The notes beneath the pieces are model-generated. The model was not told where the DNA came from. It saw only the letters and a program-made list of their open reading frames with translations, and did not search any database. A DNA stretch of 64,000 nt from Auanema rhodensis (lineage: Eukaryota; Animalia; Nematoda): assembly GCA_964057225.1 (NCBI GenBank), contig OZ059894.1, positions 15,376,001 through 15,440,000 of the forward strand. The letters run 5' to 3'. How positions within the stretch are numbered: the first letter of the stretch is position 1; the number at the start of each line of letters is the position of its first letter. Below, one piece after another: positions 14,501 to 26,092 of the stretch. A program made the translations under genes and the position numbers.

Positions 14501-17483
14501 AGTTGAACACTGTTCCACATCAGCTTCTTCGCGCTTAGAATGAACAACAAACGTCTTCAGTGTTGCTGATGATGAATTCATTCGTAAAAATTGGCTTTTG
14601 CATACTTTCTATAAGAGGAAAATATGACATGATGGATTGGAAGAAGAATTATCCTCATGCAAGACTCATCATCCAACTATTTCGCATACCTATAGAACTA
14701 GGAAGAATTTTTAGAAAAAGAAAAAGGCAAAAATAGGTTTATGTGTAAGCAATCATGAAATCGTAAACCAAAAATGAGAAAAAATCTGAAGATTCTGCTA
14801 TTATTCAAGAGCTTTAATGAGAATATCGTATCAATTAAAGAGGGTAAAGAGTAGGCATTAACAGATAAACAAAGGCTGTTTTCTGTTTTGCAAATCTCCG
14901 GCATGGAAAAGATGAAAGACTTGACCATTAATAGCATTTGAAGCAATATGTTGCAAACTTAAACTACATTACATCTTAGTTAGTTGAAAATAACGATAAT
15001 AACACTGTTTAAACCTTCTCAAAGATTATGGGATTCCAATGTTTTTAAAATTTTGATTAAAAATTAGAAATGATGAAAATGAGAAAAATAAGTAATTTTC
15101 TGCTATAAAATATGTAAAATATGATTAATTTAACTAGTAATCCTTCACTGAAAAATTGGTTTGGAAATAGTACATGGAGTGCTAATTTTTCAACAAGAAA
15201 ACCAAATGCGAGCACACTCCGGATAAAAAGGGATTTGCGAACAAGGAAATGAGAAAGCCGCATTGAAGAGAAGTTGCACGAGATAAATTTTGACCCACCT
15301 TTTCTTTAAATGGAAAAGAAGCAAGGTTAGGTCAATTGTGGAAACACTCCCAACGGAGCCTCACCAGCAGAATGAGGAAAAGTGGTTCGCTTAGCTTGAT
15401 TGAAAGCGCATAAAAAGGGAAGCCGGAATGGACAGCAAAGGGATAGACAGACAAAGAGAGGGTAGAGGAAAGAGAGATAGGAAGAGAGAAAGAAAAAATC
15501 GAGATAAAGAGGGAAAGAAGTGAAAAATGGGAATGAAAGATGGCATTGACTGTCAACATGCACCAGAGCTTCGATCAACTGATGATTCGAGATATCTGAA
15601 CTTTTGATAGTTGGTATATGTATCGTTTTCAACATTCATTTGGGGGATAAACAAGAAAACTGTCAACTTGAACTTAGTATATATGCTTTTTAAAGTAATT
15701 TTCTATGAATGAGTTTCAAAATGTATCAAAAGCAGGAGATATGGAAAATTTATAGTATGGAAAAACAGTGTGGAACTAGGAATTTTTCTGAATGTTTTGA
15801 GAAAAAAATAAAAAAAGTGGTGAATAAGATACAATAAGAGAGCTTATATAAGATCAATGCAAAATGGATTCTTTGAATAAAAAGAAATTTTCTTATGAGC
15901 AGCCAAATAACTCGTGTAAAATAGGGACAGATATTCATGAGCTATATTACAAGCTTAACAAATATTTCGAAGAACAAAAACATCTCATTGTTTTTCATGA
16001 AGATGGGTCATTGAGCTGGGATCAGCTGCAGAATGTTTCAGCGAAAACACACTCACATTTGGTAAATTTGATTTAAACTACAGATGGTTTTCTTTTGAAG
16101 GTGCAATAACATTCAAAAATATGATATATAAGCTAAAAATAAAAAAAAATTGCTAAATAAGCAACTGAAACAAACGCATATAAGAAAGAAATAGAATCTA
16201 TGGAGAAGAAAAATCTATTGAGATATTTGAAACCTACGGCTCTCCTTCCTTTTTGGTGAAGTTGTTGTGGGTGGTGTTACTGGAGGAAATGATGTAAATT
16301 TGAAGGAAATGATGAGTAGAAATCAAGAATTTTGCTGCTCTGACATTTAAATTCGCGATTTCTTAGAAGATACTGGATTTTTCATTAAATTTGACAAAAA
16401 AAAAACCCCCCACATAAAAATATATTTCCAATCTAAAAAATCCATCTAGAATCAATAATTCAGGATTTTGATGTGTTAACTATGCTAATTTTGACGTAAA
16501 GGTTGTTCGAGGATAAAGCAGTTGCACGCTTCCACGTGAGTAATTTGACATTCAATAAGTTGCAAACGTGCGTATCAGTTGTTGTTATTTTTATTACAAA
16601 TACAACTTGAACGATAGGTGGAGAGAAATTTGAATTAGATTGAGGTTGTTAATGCTTTCTCTCTAACTGTTTGTCTATTATGTATTCATAATAGCGAGAT
16701 AATCTCGTGAATTCACCTATAAATATAGTTATGAATATAAAGGACTTTGTTAATATGCAAGGATAAAGGAAAAGAAACATAACTACATAGCTGAACAATA
16801 GCGAAGTACCAATCATGCAGCTATTACAAGATAGATTTTACATATGCTCTTTCGATCGTCAGCAACACAAAAATTAATATTCACAGTAGTTGTTTTACAA
16901 ACTGAAATAAAGCATCATTTTTCAATATTTTTTGTATCTCTTCTACATGCCTTAAGTATAGTCCAGAAAAAGAAATGAATATTATAAAACTTGAAAAACA
17001 GTAAACAGAAAAGTCTGAAAGACAAAATCAAAAAAATAATCTTCAAATATGCGCAAGTATTTCATATGAACCACTGAAATCACAATCATGTTGATACACA
17101 CAAATTCCTCAAATCCCTATGTTGAACAGTTGTAGCTGTCACTTAAATGTGATAGGTATGTGGAGAGACTTAAGCGAGACGTTTTGAAGCGCGCTCCAAT
17201 TCAGATTATAATAAACTAAAAGTCTCACAGCGAAAAATTCTACGGGCGGTCAAGGCAGCCAAATTCGCTTGTATTAAAATATAAGTTTCTTTTTTAATTC
17301 TATGATTTTTGTTTATATGTTTATTTTAATTTGAAAAATAAGCTGTTTAATATATATATATTATATGATATTCAGGTTTTCTATCTTCTTATAATATAGT
17401 TAATTTTTTAATATCTATTATATACTTTGATATAGTGATGAGCTGTACATGAAAAGCGAAATTCTTATTTTCTTTTTTTAGCC

Positions 17484-18355
17484 ATGGCACAGGCTGTAAA
17501 GAGGGTAGCTGCATCTAGCGTCAATTTTGCCAAGATCGGTAAGCTCAATATTTTAAAGTTTTTTTTCAATATTTGTTCTAATATAGGTGAGAAGCTCATT
17601 GGTGAGCACGCTGCCGAGCTTGCCCGTATTAAGGGACAAAGCGGAACTTTTTCTGCTATTGTCAACCAGCACCCAAAAGAGCTTCCTAAGGTGACTCTAC
17701 AATATGTCATTAGATTCAAATTACTTCTAATTTAGGTGGACTTTGCTGCCTTGAAAAAGGCTATGCCATCTCACGCTGCTGTTCTTGATTCCCTCCAGAA
17801 GCAATATGAAGCCATCAAGGTTCCATACGGAGAAGTTCCAGCCGAATATGTTAAGGTTTGTAATTTCTATTTTGTTCGTATTTTCTTCTGTATTTATAGG
17901 AAGTAGACCAATGGGTTCAATTCCACAACGCTAGAACTCAGCTCCATGAGCTTAAGGTCCAAGATGGACTTGAGCAAGCTAAGAAGGTAATAATATATTT
18001 TCTAATTAATAGAATTACTTTTCTTTTCACAGGTTGAAGAGAAGTGGACAAAAGCTCCACCAGTCGAACACTTTGATCGTCAACATTTTGCTGAATACTT
18101 CCCACAGCATTTCTATGATCTTCGCACCCAGAACAGGTATGTTACAGATTTCTTTTTAGAAGCTAGTTCAAATATTTTCTAGAATCCCTGATCCATGTAA
18201 CATTGGACTTAACGAGACTCCAGAAATTGAAGCTAGATTCAAGGACTACAAGGTAAAATATTTAATAACACTTATTTTTAAATTTGTTATTTCTCGATAA
18301 TTGATTTCAATTGTTTCAGGTTCTCCGACGTGCTGACAAGGTTGACGACCATTAG
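17484..18355 (+). CDS. atp-5: Mitochondrial ATP synthase subunit d
   Basis: Spliced translation MAQAVKRVAASSVNFAKIGEKLIGEHAAELARIKGQSGTFSAIVNQHPKELPKVDFAALKKAMP...KWTKAPPVEHFDRQHFAEYFP...YKVLRRADKVDDH*, with canonical GT-AG introns. Confidence 0.93.
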
Positions 18356-18786
18356 ATATGTTCTGTTGTTCAAAGTCGCCTTGTAGTTGAATTTTTAGTA
18401 ATATAGATTGTTTTGCGACATATGTGATCAATAAAGAGATGCTGTAAAACTCGTTTGTTTGTTATTATTCGCGGTTTCGCTAGTATGCCTTACTCAACCT
18501 CTACCATTTGAGGATCTAGATTGATATCGAGGAAGGGGGGGTAAATTAGCGAGACTGTACTCTCGGTTCATGTTTGGTTGTGTATTCTTTTAGTGCCTGT
18601 TTTAAAGGCAAGATAACGTGTTTACCACTTTACCCAGTAACCATCCATATAGCCCGTATCATTGAGCGCCAACTGATTTCAACAGCAAACTTGGTTTTCT
18701 AGTATATTCCTTGCAAGAATCGTCTTTCCACAACTATATTATTCATTGATTTTTTGTTATTAGAGTTACATAAGGATTTCAGCAAT

Positions 18787-20720
18787 ATGTCTGAGTCTCC
18801 AGGGACTACGGTCCGGCGACGTAATCCGTCTCGGGATTCAAAGTTGAGCCAAAGTAGCTCATCTACCTGTAGTGCTTCCAGGAAATGGTCCTTTGCTCGT
18901 AAAAGAGAGGAGGAAAAGAAGAAAGGGTTTGGCTTATATTACCTTTCTGTGTGATTTGTGTTCTCTTATAGTCCAGTAGAGAAAACTGTTCATCGCCCTC
19001 AAGATTCTTTGTTCAGCACCAGTTCGGGGTGGACTAACTATCGGGGATTTTTCAACTTGGCTATGCTCTTGCTGGTATTACAAGAATATTTGAATATTTT
19101 GGATCGAAAATGTTTAGATTGTGTCCAATGGAAGAGTGGCATTAGAAAATCTGATCAAATATGGGATTCTTATTTCTCCCACACAGTTAGTGCTTATGTT
19201 TATTCAAGGTTCTTCATTATGGAGTTGGCCAAATCTTGCGCTTATTATACTATCGAATATCACAATTCTTGTAATATTTTTTACTGAAAAACTTTTAGGT
19301 ATTTAGACTTTTTTTTTATGTAAAAGAAAGTACTTTTTTTTTAGAAAAGGGATACTTAGGAAACTATTTTGCTGGTGTTTTTTATCCTATTCTTATATGT
19401 TCGCATCTGATTATTCCTGCCATAGTAACCCTCTATGTTCAAGTTAGTCCTGCTTACAGATTAGGGTAAAATCTTGGTATTTTGATAGAGTAATCCTCTG
19501 TTTTCTGTGGTTGCCCTAGGAATCTATGTTATTGAAGCTCTTAAGCTCACTTCGTACGTTCATGTGAATTATTGGTGTCGTTGTGCACGAATTGATAAGA
19601 AATCAGAAGAACAGCTCTCAGAAGATCTCAGACATGATGTGAGCGTAACCGTTCTGCAATTAACAATTTTAACGTTTTAGTCTTCTCACTACGAAATTTC
19701 TTCTTTATATCCTGGAACTCTCAACTTACGAAACTTGTACTACTTTTTGGTTGCACCAACCTTGTGCTATGAATTAAAGTTCCCCAGATCTGCTCGCCGA
19801 CGAAAAAGCTTTTTAATTAAAAGAACAATAGAAGTACCGTTTATGTGTATATATTCATTTATTTATTTAAATAAGAATTTAGCTTATATTCTTATCATTC
19901 TTGATTGTTGCTCTCGTCCAACAATGGGTTGTACCTACCGTAAGAAACAGTATGGGACCATTGAGTGAGATGGAATTGGGAAAGTGAGTTTTGTAAATGT
20001 CAATAAATTCAATTTTTTTTTCAGATGTCTTGAGCGTTTACTTAAGCTTGCAATTCCAAATATTTTCATTTGGCTGATTTTCTTCTATACTTTGTTCCAT
20101 TCGGCTCTTAATTTAATCGCCGAGGTTTTAAGATTTGCTGATAGAGAATTCTACAGGTTTTGGTAACGTCTTTTCTTCTTTGATATGTAAATTACAGGGA
20201 CTTCTGGAACGCTGAAACCATTCAGCATTTCTGGAAAACATGGAATATTCCTGTTCATCGATGGGCACTTCGCCACATTTATTTGCCAATGATGAGAAAC
20301 AATTATAGGTTTGAGTTTTACGCAAGTTTTAATTATAACATTTGTTGATTATAGCAAGAAAAGTGCAATGATAGTGGTTTTTTTTGTTTCCGCGTTTTTC
20401 CATGAATATCTAGTTTGTTATTATATTATTTTAGCATCGAAATATGTCACCTTTGTAGGTATCAGTTCCATTATCTATGTTCCGTTTATGGGCTTACTAT
20501 GGAATGATGGGTCAAATACCTTTATCATTTATAACTGACTATGTTATTAAGGGTGGTAGAGCAGGTTTGAAATACCTTTTTACCCTCATAATAAAATTAT
20601 AAAGGAAACATTGTTGTATGGCTCTCTCTAATTGTTGGACAACCTTTGGCTATTCTGATGTATGTCCATGACTGGTATATCTTACACCAGCCTGTCGTTG
20701 ATGGAACATCTGTGGATTAA
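18787..20720 (+). CDS. mboa-2: Diacylglycerol O-acyltransferase 1 (MBOAT family)
   Basis: [92 protein letters not shown] (catalytic His). Stop TAA at 20718-20720. Confidence 0.95.
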
Positions 20721-21038
20721 CAATAAAATTCTTTTTCCGATTGTAATAGTATTAGTAATTTTTCATATTTGTAATTTTATGATTTGTTGTGTTTTTAAAG
20801 TGTGTTCATAGTTAAGATTTAACCAAAATCTTCTGAAGTGTATTTATTTGCAGGTTAACTAGTACGCGTTTACTTTCTTCTATATAGTCTTTTCAACTTG
20901 TGCCGTATGTTTTTGAAAATCAAAGCAGTTTTAACTTTAATAAAGCTTATTTTACTGATTTTGTGTAACTACTGAATGGATAAACCAATAAATGCTTTAT
21001 GCACTGAAATTAATTTATTTCGAACATGAAACACAGTA

Positions 21039-21890
21039 ATGATCTCTATCTACCCTGTCAAGCACCATGGTAAAACTTACTTCATTTATTGGATTATGGA
21101 ATTAGAGTTATTGGGTAAATTACATATTTTAGACTTGTTATTATTCTATTATAGGTGTGACTGATGGAGGAAGTGTTGTTTATCAAGAAAAATTGAGTAG
21201 GGATAGTAGAATATTGTTTCTAAAACAAGAGATCGACGACGATTTTTGGGGGTATGTTGCATAGAATTATTTAAATTTTATTCTATTCATAGTTCTCAAA
21301 AGAAGTTGAAAATTTGAAATAAAATTTTGTTAAATTACTCAATCATATACAAATACTCAATATCAAAAAGAAATGTAGATATTTAAGCTGATGTGAGTTT
21401 TATAACTTGAACAATTGAATATATATGTTTATTTGAAACATAAAAGTTTTTTATACAACTAATTACAGGAAAATGATTGAGGATGAAGAGTTAGGAATAA
21501 AGAATCTAACTGAAGAAATGGTTATAATAAGCAGGTATTCATTTTCCTAATGAAAATGATTCAAAACATCGTTTTCCAGGGGTACAAAGTCACTTGAACT
21601 GAAATCTGTAAGAGATTTAGGCGTATCACTATGTCAAATAATGAACAGACTTGTTATAACACTTAAGGTAAAGTAATTTACCTGTATAAATTGAATCATG
21701 AAATTCACTATAGGGGAACAAAGCGGAAAGTTCTCCTAGAAAATCTCTTTCTACTAATTTGAAGAAAAAGGAGTCTCCAATGAAAGTTAGTTATCTCTTC
21801 TCTTCTTGAAATATACATACGTTTCAGAGAACTACATTTGCTATAGCCAAAAAGAAAAAAATTGATAACAATAATGAAATCATAGACTAA
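21039..21890 (+). CDS. nhj-1: Small XRCC4/XLF/PAXX-like protein, probable nhj-1/scb-1 orthologue (copy A)
   Basis: Six-exon model absent from the ORF track: MISIYPVKHHGKTYFIYWIMELELLGVTDGGSVVYQEKLSRDSRILFLKQEIDDDFWGKMIEDEELGIKNLTEEMVIISRGTKSLELKSVRDLGVSLCQIMNRLVITLKGNKAESSPRKSLSTNLKKKESPMKRTTFAIAKKKKIDNNNEIID*. It has a VTDG head motif, a helix and a basic tail. It lies just downstream of mboa-2, as I recall for C. elegans H19N07.3/H19N07.4. The name is an inference. Confidence 0.65.
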
Positions 21891-22007
21891 ACTTCTAAAA
21901 TATTGGCATTTACCTAACTAGTTTCATTACAATCTTTAAACTCATCCTAACTGTTACAGTTTTAAATAGTAAGTATTATATTACAATATGCCTTCACCCA
22001 TAATCAG

Positions 22008-23519
22008 TTACAGGGGAATTCCGATTATTTTATACAACAAGTATTCCTGAAAAGCTAGTTTGTCGTCTTTACGCATGCTTTGGTATTCCTTATATGTAAA
22101 AACTTTGTGTAATGATATTGTATCCGTAACCTGATCCCACATATTATACTGAAATGAATATACATAGTTAACTGAAATGATTGTTTGTCATTCTAACTTT
22201 GAAATGCCCCATGTCGTATTTCCATAAGAGCAGAATTCGTTCACTTATACCCAATCTCGAGCTGCTCAATAAAAATTCACCACAGGAACATAAAGCTCTT
22301 TCCATCTTGAAAATAAAGGCAACTCTGCTAAGTCGTTTGACATTTTCATCTGAAAAAATTTCAAAAATCAAACAAAAAATCAGAAAATATAAAATTACCA
22401 GTAATATGGTAACTGTAACCATATAATATATTGAATACGTTCAGAATATCATCGAATTCTAAGTTTTTAATATTTATAATAATTTCTCTTTTTTTCTGGA
22501 GTAAAACTCTTATATAGTTGATAATGATAATCAAAACCAACAGCGACATCCTCAGTTTCATTGCTATTCACACTTCCTTCTTGATCTACTTGTTTTGATG
22601 TATCGTCATTTTCGTCGTCTTCGTCATCTTCGTGATCTGTGTCCTATAACATATGGAAATATATACTCATTCAAATTTGAATTTACCATGGATACATCCT
22701 TTGTATCAATTTTATCGTTTTGCTTGTAATTCTTAAGTTTTGCAAAATCAAAATTCTTTCCTGTACTATGAATTACAAAAAATACTAAATTTAGCAATGA
22801 CTACCTTCCATCAAATCTTTCATAACCGAAGAATGAACAGATAAAATCTTAAAGATAATAAAATTTATCTCAACAACAATCAAAATACCTGTGAGTGGCA
22901 GTATAACTTATTCTCTCCGAAGGAAACGGCAATATCCCAAGAATCAGATTCCGAAATTTTTAACTGAGAAGATATTTGTCTATAAAAAACATATTGAACA
23001 TATATTTGGAAATATCCAAATTTACTCAAAACTATCAAAACGTAGGATATTAGCTACGACAGAAATAGAGTCTCCACCCTTTAACTGATATCCTCCGCCC
23101 CACTCTTTGAATACTAAAGCTTTATTTCCAAGCCCATTAACAAGTACCTAAAAAATATCTATTCCAACACTTTCGACCAGCATGAAAACCTCATTTATAA
23201 AACATTTCATATTAACTTGAGCGTTGAATCCAGTGTGGTTGTATTGTTTTAAAGTTTGATACCATAAATACAATATCGGATTTTGTGTTTTGTCTGTAAA
23301 CAATTTTATTTCAAATTAAAACTTCTTTTATTTTTAAATTATGATAAAATATAATCTTGCCTTCATCCTTTGCCTTCACACATCTGAAAACATTTGAATC
23401 TCAAATCTAAAACCTTGTTTTCAAACTTACAGTGCTATGAAGTCATTTTTAAACAAAACAGGAACTTTTCTTTCTTGCTCTAGATCATCCGAACATTTAT
23501 ATTCGAAAAAAAATGACAT
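22008..23519 (-). CDS. BTB/POZ adaptor protein with a divergent (MATH-like position) N-terminal domain, copy A
   Basis: Intact spliced ORF: MSFFFEYKCSDDLEQERKVPVLFKNDFIAL-CVKAKDE-DKTQNPILYLWY...; BTB core SWDIAVSFGENKLYCHSQILSVHSSVMKDLME...EIIINIKNLEFDDILNVFNILYGYSYHITDENVKRLSRVAFIFKMERALCSCGEFLL; ends YKIIGIPL*. Contains one GC-AG intron. Confidence 0.88.
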
Positions 23520-23607
23520 CTGATTATAAATATGATTAATATCAGCATAATATAATATAATCAACAAATTAATTTAATGAGCTCGAAGACTATAATGATA
23601 GTATATT

Positions 23608-23678
23608 GTTTCGTAATAATTCGTTTCGTAATATTAGTTTCGTAATATTCGTTTCGTAATAATTCGTTTCGTAATAAT
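23608..23678. repeat. Minisatellite, ~5 copies of GTTTCGTAAT(A)ATTC, unique to copy A
   Basis: gtttcgtaataattc gtttcgtaatatta gtttcgtaatattc gtttcgtaataattc gtttcgtaataat; replaced by unrelated sequence in copies B and C. Confidence 0.9.
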
Positions 23679-23730
23679 AAAACAAAAAAAATTAATTTCC
23701 AAATAATAAAAAGTTTCATAATTTCATTTC

Positions 23731-23928
23731 ATAGTCAGATATCATTTTTTTTTAAATATGAATGTTCAGATGATCTCGAGCAAGAAAGAAAAGTTCCTGT
23801 TTTGTTTAAAAATAAAAGAAGTTTTAATTTAAAATAAAATTGTTTACAGACAAAACACAAAATCCGATATTGCATTTATGGTATCAAAATTTAGAATTTA
23901 GAAAAAGAATACAAAGACATTCGACTCA
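23731..23928 (+). pseudogene. Inverted 5' fragment of the BTB gene (arm A; ATG mutated to ATA, internal deletion of exon 2)
   Basis: Reverse complement of ~23256-23530. The deletion falls between two TTTAAAAAT microhomologies. Confidence 0.88.
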
Positions 23929-23977
23929 TCTGACATTTATTAAGTAATTTATTTATATTATAATATATAAATGTTTC

Positions 23978-24512
23978 GGTTCTTTTTCCGTTTCTATACC
24001 CCCCGATTTTAGCCCCGCCCCTTTTGCCGTTGGGCGCATACTTTTCTACCATTCGGCTTCCCTTCCTAAAACGGGGGGGTTTGGGGGGGTTTCCCCCCCT
24101 ATGGGGATATCTATAATAAGTGTAATAAACCTTGAATATATTATGATATAAAAACTAAATCATTATTGGTTATTGCATCTACATTATCAACCATTTTTTG
24201 TCTAAATGTTTGCTCCAAAAGAACGGCTTCTTACTGAAGCTGATGCCATTCAATTCTTGCAAGAAAAAGGTATAGTCTTTGAGACTAACGAATGTGAGCG
24301 ATGTTAACGAAAAATGAGTCTTTCTTTTGCTCGAAATAAGTCGAGATGTACCATAAAAGACTGTAGAAGGAAAATTCTAAAAAAAATGGAACATTTGTGG
24401 ATATCTGGATACCACCGTATCTCATATAGGTATCACATTTTAATAAAAGTATGTGCCTAACGGCAAAAGGGGCGGGGCTTAAGACGGGGGGTATAGAAAC
24501 GGAAAAAGCGCC
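23978..24512 (+). mobile_element. Non-autonomous Merlin (IS1016/ISXO2-like) DNA transposon, internal deletion derivative
   Basis: 8-bp TSD AATGTTTC at 23970-23977 and 24513-24520; ~65-70 bp imperfect TIRs, 5'-GG..CC-3'; empty site (tataAATGTTTCaaatac) in copies B and C. Degenerate ORF from 24206 MFAPKERLLTEADAIQFLQEKGIVFETNECERC*RKMSL...RCTIKDCRRK resembles the N-terminal zinc finger of Merlin transposases. Confidence 0.88.
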
Positions 24513-24650
24513 AATGTTTCAAATACTACAATAATAATTAGAAAAAAACATTAAAATAATTATTTCATAATACCCGTTGAACATGGAATCGTTGTAGCCT
24601 AGTATAGGCTTTTGAATTAATTAAATAATTAAAAATTCTCAATAAAATGA

Positions 24651-25818
24651 TTACTTTTCTGTGGACAACTTGTCTATCATATATTCGACGGTTTTTTGTA
24701 CTTCCTCATCATTTTCATCTGTTTTGCACGTCGTTTCTTTTAGTTCCTGTGAATTAGGAAGTTGATGATCGTTGTTTAGAGAATTACAAGTGAATACAAC
24801 TTTCATCTGATGATCTTTTTTAAGATTACGATGCTGTAAATGGTGAAATGATTTAGAATCCTTCATAGTAAGAATACTCACTCTTGGTTTAGATATGGCA
24901 ATCATCAGGAATATTGGAAGGAATAGTAATCCATGAATCATCGAGAAACTAATAACTAGGAACACTGTCTTGAAAAAAATTAAAACTATATATGAATCGA
25001 CAAGGGTTAACACCAGAATTCCTAAAAGGGTTGACGATGCTCCCTAAAATATATCTTCATGACTGTTGGGCAAACGATTTTCCCAGCTTACCAAGAATAC
25101 AGGCCAACCCAATGTCTCTAAAGATTGAACCACTCGTTCATGAGGATCACCATACGCTTGTGAATACGCATAAGCTATATGAGCAGATAAATCAACAGCA
25201 AAGCCAATGCACATTATGACCTTAAAGTGTAAAATTTCAATTTTCTCTTCTATAAAGTTACTCGGATACCTACCGTAATCATTGAGACACTATCAAGATT
25301 TACACCCCAGAAAGACATATAGCCAAGAACACCTATATAAGTGTATAATCATTAGAAATATGAAATATTATTCTTACCTATGTTAATACTGGCAATAGCT
25401 AATACTACAGCACAAGCTGCTCTGAAGTCTGGAATCATTATGACTGTTACCAAGAACATTGAACCTAGACCCAGAATGAAATTTTGAGATAAAGAAGGTT
25501 TAAGCTCCAAATACTAAAATACATGAACGATATGATAGAGCAAGGTAATAATAGTTCATACCTGATCAGCAAATGGATAGTATTCATGGAAAGTTGTTAC
25601 ATTGAACTGTGAGTACTTTGATGCTATTTCTCTCATAAGTTTACAACTATTTGTATGATCTGTCGGAGTTGCATAGTTACGCAAGCCTAGTTGGAATCGG
25701 AACGCTTTGAGCTTATAGAAATCCTTCAATGAACATTACAGTATATGAACGAAGAATTAGAAATAAACCTCAGGCTGCTTTCCCCAAACCATGTCCATTT
25801 CCCATAATCGTCTACCTC
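24651..25818 (-). pseudogene. 3' fragment of the patched-related gene (copy A, 5'-truncated)
   Basis: Near-identical to 34748-35899; breaks at the 25817-25818 junction. Confidence 0.9.
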
Positions 25819-25975
25819 TCCTAGAAAATCTCTTTCTACTAATTTGAAGAAAAAGGAGTCTCCAATGAAAGTTAGTTATCTCTTCTCTTCTTGAAATATA
25901 CATACGTTTCAGAGAACTACATTTGCTATAGCCAAAAAGAAAAAAATTGATAACAATAATGAAATCATAGACTAA
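25817..25975 (+). pseudogene. 3' fragment of the nhj-1-like gene (copy B)
   Basis: Matches 21732-21890 (SPRKSL...EIID*); no 5' exons. Confidence 0.85.
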
Positions 25976-26092
25976 ACTTCTAAAATATTGGCATTTACCT
26001 AACTAGTTTCATTACAATCTTTAAACTCATCCTAACTGTTACAGTTTTAAATAGTAAGTATTATATTACAATATGCCTTCACCCATAATCAG

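Noticed and set aside
18356-18786. atp-5 and mboa-2 as a tight SL2 operon
   Set aside because: About 350 bp from AATAAA to the acceptor, with a GC-richer promoter-like block; an independent promoter is equally likely.
21067-21114. Apparent frameshifted start MVKLTSFIGLWN* suggesting the nhj-1-like gene is a pseudogene
   Set aside because: The ATG at 21039 in another frame is open to the first donor and in phase with exon 2.
23608-23678. CRISPR-like array
   Set aside because: Eukaryotic context and no spacers; a simple minisatellite.
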